Assembly: GCF_032062105.1 (NCBI RefSeq)
Contig: NW_026934212.1
Coordinates: 496,001 to 560,000 of the forward strand
From: Saccostrea cucullata
Lineage: Eukaryota
Direction of reading: 5' to 3'
DNA: 64,000 nucleotides
In this document: positions 24,746-37,484 of the stretch, one piece after another
Layout of the letters: the number at the start of each line of letters is the position of its first letter
Numbering within the stretch: the first letter of the stretch is position 1
Translations under genes and position numbers: made by a program
Notes under the pieces: generated by a model
The model's input: only the letters and a program-made list of their open reading frames with translations
The model's database searches: none
Told to the model about the DNA's origin: nothing

Positions 24746-26348
24746 TAGGTCACCTGAGTCACTCAGGTGACATATTGCTATCCGTTTTCGTCCGTCGTTG
24801 ATCGATGTCCGTCGTCCATCGTGTGTTAACATTTGAACATTTTCAACTTCTTCTCTGAAACCACTGAAACCAATTTCAACCAAATTTGGTATACAGCATA
24901 TATGGGTAAAGGGGAACAAAAATTATGAATTTTATGATCCCTGCCCCCCTGGGGCCTGAGGGGTGGGGCCAAAACCACTAAAATTAATGAAATCTTTAAA
25001 AATCTTCTTCTTTATTCCTGGACATTAAGCAGGCAAACTGTTGGTGTGCATGTAATGAGCATTGAGTCTTCTACCAAAATTGTGAAATTCATGACCACAG
25101 GGTCAGGGGTTCTTGTGCTAGGGCGGGGCTCTATTGATTATATAGTGAAAATGCATTAAATCTTTGAAAATCTTCTTCTCTGCTCCTGGGTATTAAATAA
25201 ACTAATTAAGTACATAGTTATGATGAGCAAGAGTGCCTCTTCCAAAATTGTGAATTTTATGGCCCCAGGGTCAGGGGTTCTGGTGCTAGGGTGGGGCTCT
25301 ATTGATTTTTAGTGAAAATGCGTTAAATCTTTGAAAATCTTCTTCTCTGCTCCTAGGTATTAAATAAACTAAGTAAGTACATAGTTTGATGAGCAAGAGT
25401 TCCTCTTCCAAAATTGTGAATTTTATGGCCCCAGGGTCAGGGGTTCTGGTGCTAGGGTGGGGCTCTATTGATTATATAGTGAAAATGCATTAAATTTGAA
25501 AATCTTCTTCTCTGCTCCTGGGTACTAAATAAACTAAGTACATAGTTATGATGAGCAAGAGTGTCTCTTCCAAAATTGTGAATTTTATGGCCCCAGGGTC
25601 AGGGGTTCTGGTGTTAGCGCGGGGCTCTATTGATTACATAGTGAAAATTTAATTGATTATATAGTGACAATTCAAAATTGTCTTCTCTGCTTCTGTGTAT
25701 TAAGTAAACTAACTTAGTATAAAGTTATAATGCCTCATTCAAATTTGTGAATTTTATGACCCTTGTTTCAGGGTTTGCCATTTGGTGTAAGGGTGGTGGG
25801 GCTCTTTTGATTATATATTGAAAATACATTCATTCTTTGAAAATCGTTTTCTTTGCTCCTGGGTATTATGCTAATGATCCAAGTTTATATATATTTGATG
25901 AAGTAAGGTGCATCTAGCAAAATGGTTAATTTCCTGCCCCCTGGGTCACCGTCAGGGGTATCAAAGGGGGGGGGTACATAGTCTGAAAATAAATTAATGC
26001 TTTGAAATCTGCTCTTTGGTATTAATCAACCATTTATGATGAAATAAAATTTCTGATAAAATTTCCAAACTTTTGAAATATGTGGCCCCAGGGTCAGTGG
26101 TTCCTTCTGGGTGCACAACTGGTTATAAAGTGGAAGTGCATTTTCTCTTTGCTATTCTGGTCTACCTCTTGGTGTTAAGTAAATAGAGTAAGCATGCCTG
26201 CTTAGTTTTATAATTATGATAATCAATGGTGCCTCTCTCCAAATTTTCAGAATTTCATGGCCTCTGGTTTAAAACAAGAACCAAATTCAATTTTTGGAAA
26301 GTTGTTACATGATACTCAGGTGACCTATAAGGCACGTGGGCCTCTTGT
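24746..26348 (+). mobile_element. Complete Helentron/HINE-type element carrying ~165-bp satellite monomers
   Basis: Inserted in a T-run; subterminal IR GGTCACCTGAG/CTCAGGTGACC; 3' hairpin AGGCACGTGGGCCT followed by CTTGTT. Confidence 0.8.
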
Positions 26349-27317
26349 TTCTTTTTATAACAGCTTGTAATTTTCCATGTATCCGCTTACTCTATAGTTT
26401 GGAGAGGAGAGGGGGGTCAGGTAAACTCAGGGTCTAAAAATCTGTTTTATTGCTGGTGGATATATATTTATTGTCAAAATTTTAAATGAAAGAATTTTTT
26501 TTCAAGCACCCACCCCATTAATATTTTATCAACTTTTGCTTTATTATTTATGCTTATAGACGAACAAGTGATCGAAAGAGGGAAATGTCTCATTATTTTA
26601 GAAATGAATCAATACTCTAGCAATTTTCATTTTGATTTAGATATGTATAATGTTTTGTTCACATTCCATGACTCCAAAACAGGATGGTCTTTGCATCTCC
26701 TTCGATAATTACAGTCCCTTTATTTATGACTACCCAGCTTGTGCACAAATGAATTCAAGTAATACATATAGATATTTTTGTGATAGAGGGATACAGGTTT
26801 TAAGATGTAACCGGAATAAGTCCTATTAAATTTAACAAGATTTTTTTTGACAGATTTATAAGCTTTCAAAGTTTAAAAGCATATTTACTTCCAGTCATAA
26901 AACAGGCTCTACTTGTACAAATAGGAAGATGATGAAAGGCTTATTGTTTTCTCGATAGGGATATAGTGTTATGTCATATGTCGCTGAGATATAAAGAATG
27001 ACCCAGCTTGTTCAATTAAAAACAGCAGGAGTGATTAATAATTAGCGTATTAGAGAGAATCCTCCACTTGAGTTTCTCATTCTTCGTCTCTTGCTGTGAT
27101 AACACAACCACCTGTTTGGAACCACTGTTCCACACCAGTGGTAATCACTAAATCGTGAGATTGTGTCCCACTGTTTATTTTTTTTGTGGATGTAGAAGAG
27201 TTACGGGCTAGGGATTTGTAATTCTATCTCTGTGTGGCAGCTCACTTGTTCAAATTCTCAGTGCTGGTTTTTTTTTGTTCCAGTGAGAGTACAGTCCAGG
27301 ACCAGTGAAGTACAATC

Positions 27318-30300
27318 ATGGCTCAGTATAAAATTCCTGACCCTGAGGAGATGATTCCCTGCCCCTACGACAAGGTTCACATGATTAGGGCCAAAAGGAT
27401 GCAGTACCATCTGATGAAGTGCAGAAAGGTCAGTGTACTGTCACTCAAGCTTTTGACTGTTATGATAATTCTATAAATTTTATCTTAAAATTGGAATTTT
27501 GAAATTACACTTCTTGGGTTATGCTCTGAATTTTAATAATTTATAGGCATTGCTAGAGATACACTTAAATACAGATTCCATAAATACCTTAGATTCATTC
27601 AACTATTCATATCTATAATTATAAGAATAGGCATTTCCATTAACACTTTATTCAGATGAAAAGCTAAAATTACAAATAGATACCATCTAAAATACTAAAA
27701 TTGAATTTTGTGTTACTATAATAATAAAATTTCAAAATACAGCTTTTGAGAAGGATTTTCAACTCTTGGTTATTTTGTCCCTTCAGAACTATGTTGGAAG
27801 CGACTTTGCCACTTGTCCTTTCAATGCCAGGCATGAGATGCCCAAACCAGAGCTTCGTTATCACTTAGCTAACTGTCCTGACAAGGCTGTCATTGAGCCG
27901 ATGCTGGCCTATGGTAAGTCATTATAATCAAAAAGTCCATAAGCATTGGCGTCGGAATCAAATTAAAAGTGGGGGGGCTAAGTGTAAAAAAAAATTTTTT
28001 TTGTACCTCCAAAAAAACCTGACAAGCAAAAAAAAAAAAAGGAAATGTCTATTTCCCAAACACGAAAATCCTATTTCGTGGGGGGGGGGGGGGGGGGGGT
28101 AAGGTTCAAACTCCAGTACCAAAAATTTCCTACCTATACTAAGACGTATCTGTGGAAAGTGGGGGGGGGGGGGCTAAACTTACGAAGATATGTTCAATGT
28201 CTATACTAAGTACATATTTGAAAAAAAAGTGGGGGGGCTAAGCCCCCCGTAGCCCCCCCGGTTCCGACGCCTATGATAAGTGTGCAAATTTTTATTACTG
28301 TAAATAAGTTTCTGTTGAAATCATTCATTTTATAATCAATTTTGTTCCATTTTGTTAGGAATTTAAAGTGTGACTTGTTTAGTTTTGGGGAAATTTTTGC
28401 TCTGAACAATAATACATTAACCTTTTATGTGAGAATGAAAACTCTGAACAAAAATACATTGACCCTATATACAACAGTGAAAACTAAAAATGTGTTTTCT
28501 ATGAATATAGAGTTCGGTAGCCGTAAAATGTCAGGTTAGGTAAAGTACAACTCTTTTGAAAAAAAAAACCACACTCATAATTTACAATTATATGACCCTA
28601 AATATATATATGTACTTGTTCATATAATGATAAAATTGAAAAATATTTGACTAGAATTTGAAAGTTGAACATCTGTGCTTTGTTTTGACAGAGAGCAGTA
28701 AGAGGAATGGAGAGGCGTCCATGTTTAGAGGCTGTACTGATCTACCTGTCTATGATAATGTTGTAATTAACAGTGAGGAAAACTGGGACGATGGTAAATA
28801 CATATCTAACTTTGACAATTAATTCTATCAGAAATATGTATTGAAAGGGAAAGTCATTCTTAATGGCCATAAATCTCTGCTGCCACTTTTACTTCACCCT
28901 AGCCACAGGGAAGTGAACTACAGCGTCGTGCCATAAGTATTCGCGGAAAAATGGCGGACGTGATTTGAGAGTTATCGCGCTTGCAACATAAAAGTCACCC
29001 AAATACAACAAAAACAAAACAAACGCTTACCTTTAGTACTTTGTTAAATGTCCCTTGGATCGTATACATGCCATGATGCGTTTTGGGATGGATTTATAAA
29101 GGTTTTGAATATATTCTATGGTGAAATTCTGCCAAGTGTGCAAAATAACAGCGAACAGCTGATCAGGGGTGGTAATATCTCCGGCGTGATTTTGGATCTG
29201 TCTTTTAATTCTATGCCAACAATTTTCAATGATATTAATGTCCGGACTCTGGGCAGGCCACACCATACCCCAATATTATTTGCACGCTTATATTCCTCTA
29301 CAACACGGGCTCTATGTACCGGAGCATTGTCGTCTTGAAAAACGTAGTTGTTTGCAGGGAAATGTCGGGCAATAACAGGCCACAGGTGGTTGTCAAGGAT
29401 ATTTATATATTTCTCAGCATTAATATTACCTTGTACCTTGCATAGAGTCCCTGGACCATACCAGCTGATGCATCCCCATATCATTACGGAAACTTTTGGT
29501 TTTGAAATCGCATACATGCACTCCGGACGGTACGATTCCTGGGCGGATCTCCAGACGTACACACGATTATTTTATCCTATAACCACTTGAGATTCATCAC
29601 TAAATATGATAGATTTCCAGTTTTGTTCAACAGTCCATCTTCGTTTGAGTAAACACCATGCTAAACGTTTCTTTCTATTTACTTCTTTGACAACCATTCG
29701 TTTTCTCACTACTCGTCTGTAAATTTTGTTATTATGTAAAATCCGCTTGACTGTCCGTTCACTAATTGGTTCACAATAATTTCCATTATTAAAATCAGTT
29801 GTTATGTCCTTCAAAACACTTCCCCGGTTCTTCCTAACCATACGAAGTAATCTTACTTCACCACGTTTTGACACTTTCCTGGGACGTCCCGAATGAGGAG
29901 CTCTTTCCACACATTTTCGCTGATGAAACGTTTTTAAAATTGATCTACATGTAGATTCGGGAATTTTCATAATTCTTGAGATCTCACTGACTTTTTGTCC
30001 GTTTTCTTTCAAATCTATAATCAGCTGTTTTATCTCTAGTGACAGTTCTTTTGATTTTCTACCCATGTTGTTTACAGTCCGTAATATTCGGCAGTCTAAC
30101 TTTAGCAGACGTCAAACATGACATCACGGTAAACTTTGACCTTACGCGGTTTTGGGGATGATGTCAAAATACAAAAAAGCGATTGCATATTGATTTAGAA
30201 CAATTTGAAAAACGCGAAGCGTGAACGTTTTACGACGGCTGCCATTTTTCCGCGAATACTTTTGGCACGACGCTGTAGGTAGTATTATTGTGGATCCATT

Positions 30301-33300
30301 GAGCAGAAATGACAAAATTATTGTTAATTTTTTTTTTCTTTTTTTTTTTGTAATTTTATAACAAGTGTTTTTTCCACCCCTCCACCCATTATTATGTATC
30401 CATTAGATTTACTAGTATTGCTACAAAAGCTATTAGAGGTCCAAAGAGGCATGTTAAAAAACAAACAATGGTGTCCATTTTGATAATTTTCAAATTCTGA
30501 AAGACCTCATGATAATATTTTGTCAGTGCTATCACCATTTGTAATGTTAAGAAGACTTGCTTTGGAATAAATGTGTCAGCTTTGTGAAATAAAATAAAAA
30601 CATAAAAATATACACTTGTTTTAATTTCTACGTACAAGATTTCTCAATCTTCTTGTTTGTTGTTTTACAGAGATTCCTTCTGTGGCCAGGATCGGGGTGG
30701 ATCCACAATTTTTTGCACGTCAGGACCACATGATTATCCCAGGGTACTGTATATTTAACTTGAATGAGAATTTTTGTTTTAATTTCTACATTGTAAAGTT
30801 AATTAAGGTTTAAGACATATTATATTGATGATTTTTTACTATTTCAGTCTGACAAAATCAGAGAAGAGAGAGTTTGCCAAGCAGATGCACATTCCAGCAG
30901 AGGACAGGAAGTATGTGTTTCCTTATGATTTTCCTCTCTGCTAAAAAAGAAGGGGGTACAGTTGACATTGTTTGTCTGTCTACCTGTTTTCGTGATTATA
31001 TCAAGTTCATAACTTTTCAAGAGGGCAAAAATGGAAACATATCAATCAAAAATAGTTTCAAACCTTGAAAATTTTCATATTAACCTAAATTATTTGTTCA
31101 AGTTCAAGGTTATAGTGAAAAAGTGTACAATTTATTTACTATGTCTTCACAAGAAATTTTGAAACTGGAACTATTAAGATTGCTCCTGATCTGCCCCATG
31201 GTTTGCTATGTAAATGAAGAAAAGTAATACCTGTTCCTGCCATATTTTGATCATGGAGAAATACCTGGTCATTTTCTTAAGAACTTTGTAACAAAAACGC
31301 ATCAAAAGTGCATACTTCATACATGCACAATGTATTTATTGCCAGAAAACATGAACTGACCAAAGGTTATTAACTTAAATTCAAGTTGCAGAAAGAATAC
31401 TTAAAATCTGAATTGTAACCAACAATCTAGTTCTGTTCTCTGATTAAAATTTAATTTCACTTTTATAAGGTCGTTTTCTTGAAATAAGTAAATCTGTTTC
31501 TCAAAATTTGCCAAGCATTTCAATGTAAAACCTCTGTGATACCTTATTTTCCGTGTTCAATAACAGATACTTGGCCCACTACAAGGAGGCAGAGGAGCCC
31601 ATTAAGGATGAACAGCCCAAACTCCGCCTCCCAAAGACTGCAGCTCAGACTTATCTCCCTCACCAAAAGAAGCTCGATCAGCATCCATCGGCAGTGTTTG
31701 CATATTCATTATCCATGGCCGGTGTGGGGCGAGGGCTTCCAGGTATCAATGCTACAGAATGGATCAGTTATTAAAACAAGAACATCTTAAGATTGTAAAT
31801 TGCTAAGGCCTACAATATATTTTAAAGTCAAAACTTGACATTTGATATTGTTATATTGACAGCCAGCAGTCAGAATGGAGTAATGAATGGCTCTCAGAAT
31901 GCCCCACCTGGTATGAGTAGAGGGAGGGGGCGTGGGTCCAGCCCCGCGGTGGGGAGGGGAATCAGCGTGACTGAGATGAACGGTGACGTACCTCGCTCTC
32001 TAGGACGGGGAATGACCTACGGTGAGGTTCCCTCCTCGTCCCAGCAGGAAACCCCAGCAGTGAGACCAGCAGAGCCCCAGACTAACAGCCCGGTGTTTAG
32101 CGTGGGGATCGGCAGGGGATACAAAGTGCCTAATGGTTTGTATGCATTATTGATATTCTAACCCACAGGTTATGAATGTTTTTATAGGGTATAATTGAGG
32201 CCTATTCTCAAAAGGAGGCATTGATAAAAATATTTTTTAAAAATCTTATGTTAGTGTCTTTCACAGTATTTGCTATGTAATTCAAGATTACACTGTATTT
32301 TATCAAAACAAATACATACATAGAGAAGAAAAGAAGTTTGTCTTTGAAATCTCTTACTTCATGATGATGCTTTTCAATTGATGAGGAAGATTTTGATTAA
32401 GTTTCAATGTTCTAATTTAAAACCAACATTTACATAGAATTGTTTTTCCAGGAACAATTTCACCTCCATCCTTTGTGGTTCCTACAGTGCCCCAGCAGAA
32501 GAATAATGGTAAGAAATAACTCTCAGTATTATTATATTTTCATGTTACTCTGTAACTAAATGTAACTGGTTCACATGCATTTAACAATGCATTATGTTAC
32601 CCTTAGTATTAGCAATACACTTGGCAATATGGTTGCAATAAGTAGCACAACAACCTCATCACAAGTTTGTAATTTGCAAATGTAAGGGTTGTAGATTTCT
32701 CGTAACATCAGTTATGGTAAATGAATCAAAGATTGCATCCAATTTAAGAGTTGATTGTAAACAGCAAATGAAAGACAAAAATAATTTGATGTGCAAAAAT
32801 AGTCAAATTTAAGATGATAAAGAAGTGATAGAAAATTTTAAAAGCTTTATTTTGAGTAAAAATGAATGAGGAGTTTGAAATGGGATAAAAGTGTTAACAC
32901 TTATTTGTTGGATAGGAAAGGAAAAGGAATCAGACTTGGAATCAGAAGGCTCGCAGGTGATTGAAGATGTGGACAAGAAGCTCAAAAAGATTGAGAAGAA
33001 GTTGAGACAGATAGAGCTTCTGGAGGACAAGGTGGGGGAAGGATACACCTTGACTAAGGAGGAGGTAGGGGTTTGATATGTTGGCTATGGTTAAGTATAT
33101 CCCCTTTTAAGGAGTGTAGTTGATTTTATATCCATGACGTTATTAAATAGATGAACTACTGCTTTGCAATCTGTGTAAGTTTGTTTTACTATGATGCTAA
33201 ATAATGAATGTGAAACATATCTTGGGTTACATTTCAAGATGTACTGTATATCTGAACATGTATAATAATGTACATGTGTACATACATGAATATATTTTTA

Positions 33301-33429
33301 AACAAATGAATCAATGTTGCTTGTTCATCTTGACTTTTAAATATTTTGCAGACTGCAAAGGTGAACATGAAGGAGAGCCTTACAGCAGAGAGGGAGAATC
33401 TACAGGAGAATGCCAGGTTAAACAAGTAA
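27318..33429 (+). CDS. GTSF1: GTSF1/Asterix-like protein, paralog A (about 402 aa): 2 CHHC zinc fingers, acidic Trp motif, GRG-rich region, C-terminal coiled coil
   Basis: Phase-consistent GT-AG exons 27318-27428, 27787-27913, 28692-28793, 30671-30743, 30848-30910, 31567-31742, 31863-32135, 32452-32508, 32916-33064, 33352-33429; CPYDKVH...YHLMKC and CPFNARH...YHLANC; EENWDDE. Confidence 0.9.
27944..28275. mobile_element. hAT-like MITE with 5-bp TSD in an intron of paralog A
   Basis: TIR CATTGGCGTCGGAA / TTCCGACGCCTATG; ATAAG on both sides. Confidence 0.75.
28921..30275 (-). mobile_element. Full-length Tc1-family transposon (1355 bp) in an intron of paralog A, antisense
   Basis: 35-bp TIRs CAGCGTCGTGCCA(T/A)AAGTATTCGCGGAAAAATGGC with 1 mismatch; TA TSD on both sides. 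Confidence 0.95.
29033..30066 (-). pseudogene. Tc1 DD34E transposase with one nonsense codon (29572-29574) and one 1-bp frameshift (about 29270)
   Basis: HTH N-terminus, [39 protein letters not shown]; D-to-E spacing of 34 after repair. Confidence 0.9.
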
Positions 33430-34670
33430 ATGGATAAATGACTAGCAAGGAGGAGAGGATTGTACTGTACATATAGTAGTTACTCAGGATTGTTCTGTAT
33501 ATATAGCTCTTGGATGTGTTGCAGGAACTTTACATCTTTTATTTTATACCCTTTTATATGACTTGTTTTAAGGGGAGTTTTATTTCTATACCCAATGCTC
33601 AGATATAAATTGTACTGATAATACCAAAGTTTTGTAATTCTTTGTACTTTGTACATTGATGTTTGAGGTTTGTCTGAAGATGTTTAAATAATCTTTAATG
33701 TAGGAACTGATTGGGTTTTCTGTTGTCATTCTTCATTTGTTTATTTTTTTAAGCCTATCTAGTATTGTCATTCTTGTGCTTTGTCCATTTAGCACCATAT
33801 GGTACACAAAATTCTTTTTTGTATAGAAATGCATTGTGACTTTTGCCTACTATGATTTTTCAGGGCATTATGATAGGCATGCTAAGTTAAAAAAAAATTT
33901 CTTGTTGAGTGGCCCAGAGAATTTTTAGGGCACAAATAAAAGTAATATCTACACTTGATACATTTCAAAGAACCAAGATGTTTTGAAGATTGAAGATACA
34001 AAATGAGATCTGACAGTGTACTTTCATGTAACTCATAAAGCAATGTCATCAAAATGTATAGACAATTCAGCTGTTTTACCATTACATATGCTGGTGATGA
34101 TAATAAAATTGTTTTGGAAGTTAACATTTTACACTTAACCAAGATGGTTTTATATACTACCATGTATTTTACAGTACTGATGTATTTTAAAGTGCAAGTA
34201 TTGTTTAACATAAAGGAATGAAGATATTGCTTGTTTCTTTTTCTGCTCATTAAATTGTAACATATAATTTGACAGGGACATGAAAATGTTTCAAGAACAT
34301 GTTGATCATGAAGATCATACATGATAATTTTTGCAGTATGCTTTTTCCTCGTGGTAAAAAAAAATGAAAACATTTTTCCTATAGTAAAGGGGGGGGGTTA
34401 CTACTACATGTATCCTATGAAAGAGTATGATGTAAATAACGCAATATACAATTACATAACATAGATAAACGTGTGTAGTACACATTGAAATTTGAAAAGG
34501 TAAACAAAAATCAAGGTCATTTAGTTCTTTAAAGAAAAGTCTTGAAATCACTGAATATGCAGCAGTAATTTAAACAATGAATTTGCCATTTTAGATCAAT
34601 CGAAATATTCCAACTGTTCATCATGTACTGGATATTGGCAGGCAGCATCAGTGTTAATTCATTCATGCAG

Positions 34671-34940
34671 TCCATTCCCAAGTAACTTGAAGCCCTACCT
34701 AAATCGGAACTTGAATGGATGATGCATCTAGAGATGAACACAACCAGACTTGCTTTGGATGCTGGATCTGATCTACATTTACAAGATTAATGAAGTTAAA
34801 CTTTTGTGAGCAGGTCCTGTCCATTCCCAAATAGCTTGAAGCCCTACCTGGACCAAATTTGCATTGATGAATGATGCATCTAGAGATGAACACTACCAAT
34901 TGCTTTGGATGCTGGATCTGACCTACATTTTCCAGATTAA
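34671..34940. repeat. Two diverged direct copies of a ~120-bp unit (period about 148)
   Basis: TCCATTCCCAA...GAAGCCCTACCT...GATGCATCTAGAGATGAACAC...GCTTTGGATGCTGGATCTGA occurs twice. Confidence 0.7.
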
Positions 34941-35259
34941 TTTCGGTTGATTCCCCAGCTCCCCAGTGTCAATGAAACTAGCCAATATTATATAGTTTCC
35001 CATGATATTCATAATTTGGGTCAAGATCTCAAAAATGAATAACCCCCCTTTCAGAATTTTTTTTTTAACACACGTTTTCTACAAAAAAGCCAAGTTATTT
35101 ATTTTCTTTTTTATCACAGCTGTATCAAAAAGAAAATCCCAAAAGAAGAAAAAATAAATGAACCCATGTTCATGGAAAAAAAATTTAGATCCGTCCATGT
35201 GATAATGCATAAAAATTACGAAACAGTGGCTGGCGTTTGCATTCTATATTTAGAGGTCG

Positions 35260-35860
35260 CGTCATCAAGCACGTGACCTGGTGTATACATTGTTGGCGCT
35301 TAGCTTTGCAGTATCTTATTACAGACGATGTCCGTCAATATTTTTTGACTAATTTCAAGAGTTATTCAATTCTAAACAGGTTGGTAAGATTTCCCTATTA
35401 TGCTTATTAATACAGACTGTTCTCTGGTTTGTATGATGGAAAAAAAAAAAAAAACTTTCGATAACGAGCATCATAACTACGTACTTTGGGGAATCTACTT
35501 TTGTTTTGCCGCTTTGTTTATAGTCTCGTTCAACCAGACCCTCGGCTCTCTCCGTAAATCTCCGACCAGCCTGAGTTTGGTGTTCCAAATTAAAGATTAG
35601 TTTGTTAATGTAAAGTCACAATCCAGAAGAAGAAACATATATACCATTTGTTTTAAAAAAAGGATCGTCAAAATGAAAACAAGATAGCGCCCTCTGACGG
35701 TTACAAACGAAAACGTGTTTTTATACTTCCAAGTGCCTAAGAATTTCGCTATGCGAAAGTCTTACTTCCGGTTTATCCAAACTGAATAAAAAGACAAGTT
35801 CTGATTGGTCAATAACAAAATAAAATTTTACAGCTGGATAGATGTGAAGGTAAAAAATTT
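35260..35860 (+). promoter_or_regulatory. Candidate promoter region of GTSF1 paralog B
   Basis: CpG-containing patch with E-box CACGTG (about 35269), CTCF-like site (35685-35700), ETS ACTTCCGG, reverse CCAAT, candidate donors at about 35380 and 35849. Confidence 0.35.
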
Positions 35861-37484
35861 ATTTTTCATGGTATATTAAACGTTTGATAAACAGTTAGTT
35901 GCAGTATATATATATATATATTAGCCAATTTCAAAATAAATATCTGATTAATTTTTATATATTAAAAAAAAGTCATGATCGTTTTTGTGTATGTGTATTG
36001 ACATTGACCAAGGGTCAGAACTTGTCTTTTTATTAGATTTGGATAAAATAGTAAGACAGTCTAGCGAAATTCTTGGGACTTTTTTTTCAAATGAACATCA
36101 AACTTGAGCAACCATAATGAGTTGTTTCAGGAAAAATAAATATATTGAAAGTGCATATTAAATTGAACGAATTTTTTTTGATACAGTGTATGTTGTAGAA
36201 AGGCACAAATATGAAGGAAAAAAATACATGCAATTGTATAGATACCTTTTATATAAGGAAAATATATAAATAGTTAACATGTCCATGTCACTCTTTGTTT
36301 ATATTCATTTAACAATAAGGCTCTCTTAAATTTCACAGTGAGTTTGGTGTTCCAAATTAAAGATCTCAATATCATAATGATGTATGGATTTAAAGGAAAA
36401 AATATATACCATTTGTTTTAAAAAAAGGATCGTCAAAATGAAAAAAATTTGATTTTTACCAGACATTTTGTCTGGTAACAATTTTCAACTTTCGCGTAGA
36501 CTGGTTTACGGAGAAATGATGTTTTATTTTGAAACCAGGAAGGAAATCAGGAAATGTAAGGTTCACTCTGCATGCTGTGATAAGATAAATACCAGTAAAA
36601 CTATTTGGGGGAGGGGGTTGCCAGTCAGAGTTGACTAATAAGAAGCCAGTTAGAGTATGTTTACTTAGAATACACTTGTAGGAATAAGAAACAAAAGACC
36701 ATTTAATTTCACACCTCCCCTTCAATAATCTGCTAATTGGACCAATCTGCAATCATATACATTTACTAATGTGTAATTCTTGACAATATGTCAAAGGGAC
36801 TGTACACAAGTTAGAAAAGCTTGTATAGTCCTCTCCAAACTGGACATAAAATCTGAATTATAAGCCATACAACATTTATTAATAATTTTTTTTTTACAAT
36901 ATTAAACGTGTACATAGAAGAACAATTTTTTTTTTAAAATTTGTTTTTTTTTTAATAACTGAAGAAAATTTTGACAATTGAAAATAATGAAGATAATACA
37001 ATGTTGATTATCGTTACAAATAATAATTTCTATGCTGTTATTGCTTATAATCTTGTTTTTGAAAATAGAGTTATATTTCAAAACAGTGCTGTTATTTCTT
37101 TAATTAAAAAAGGAGACTAGAAGATGAATTTAATAATGTTTCAAGAAATAAAATGAATTAAAAAAAATTATTTCAAATTTGGTATTTAAATGTATGAATC
37201 TGAGAAGAAAAGTATGTAATATATGCATAGGATCATACAGACTTTAATCATATGAGAATCTAAGAATATTTTTATTATGGCCTTACACCCCATTCAGTTT
37301 GTCTTTAAAAGTTCGTTAGATGGCAAAACGTATTCTACTCCAATTTTGGAAGGTAAAAAACTAATCCTCCGAAAGGGAGTTCACCAAGACCTGTTCAGCC
37401 CTTTGACATTTTATCAAAACATTTTCTTTGATTTCCTATTTTGTTGTTCTCCTACAGAGACATCACAGCAAGCGTAGGGACAGT

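Larger units (their letters stand above)
18828..25373 (+). repeat. Tandem segmental duplication: unit 1 18828-22109, unit 2 22110-25373 (about 3.27 kb each, near-identical)
   Basis: Direct comparison, e.g. 19320 matches 22590 and 21450 matches 24713; junction at 22110 fuses a truncated Helentron-type satellite to the palindromic array. Confidence 0.92.

Noticed and set aside
21450-24919. Identical 68-aa ORFs at 21450 and 24713 (and similar ORFs at 41224, 42740, 51509, 52315)
   Set aside because: Chance frames in Helentron-type repeats; the identical pair was copied by the duplication
29033-30066. Programmed frameshift or readthrough expression of the Tc1 transposase
   Set aside because: No slippery-site evidence; simple mutational decay is more parsimonious
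33882-34373. 163-aa minus-strand ORF
   Set aside because: Composition typical of AT-rich non-coding DNA; overlaps the probable 3' UTR of paralog A
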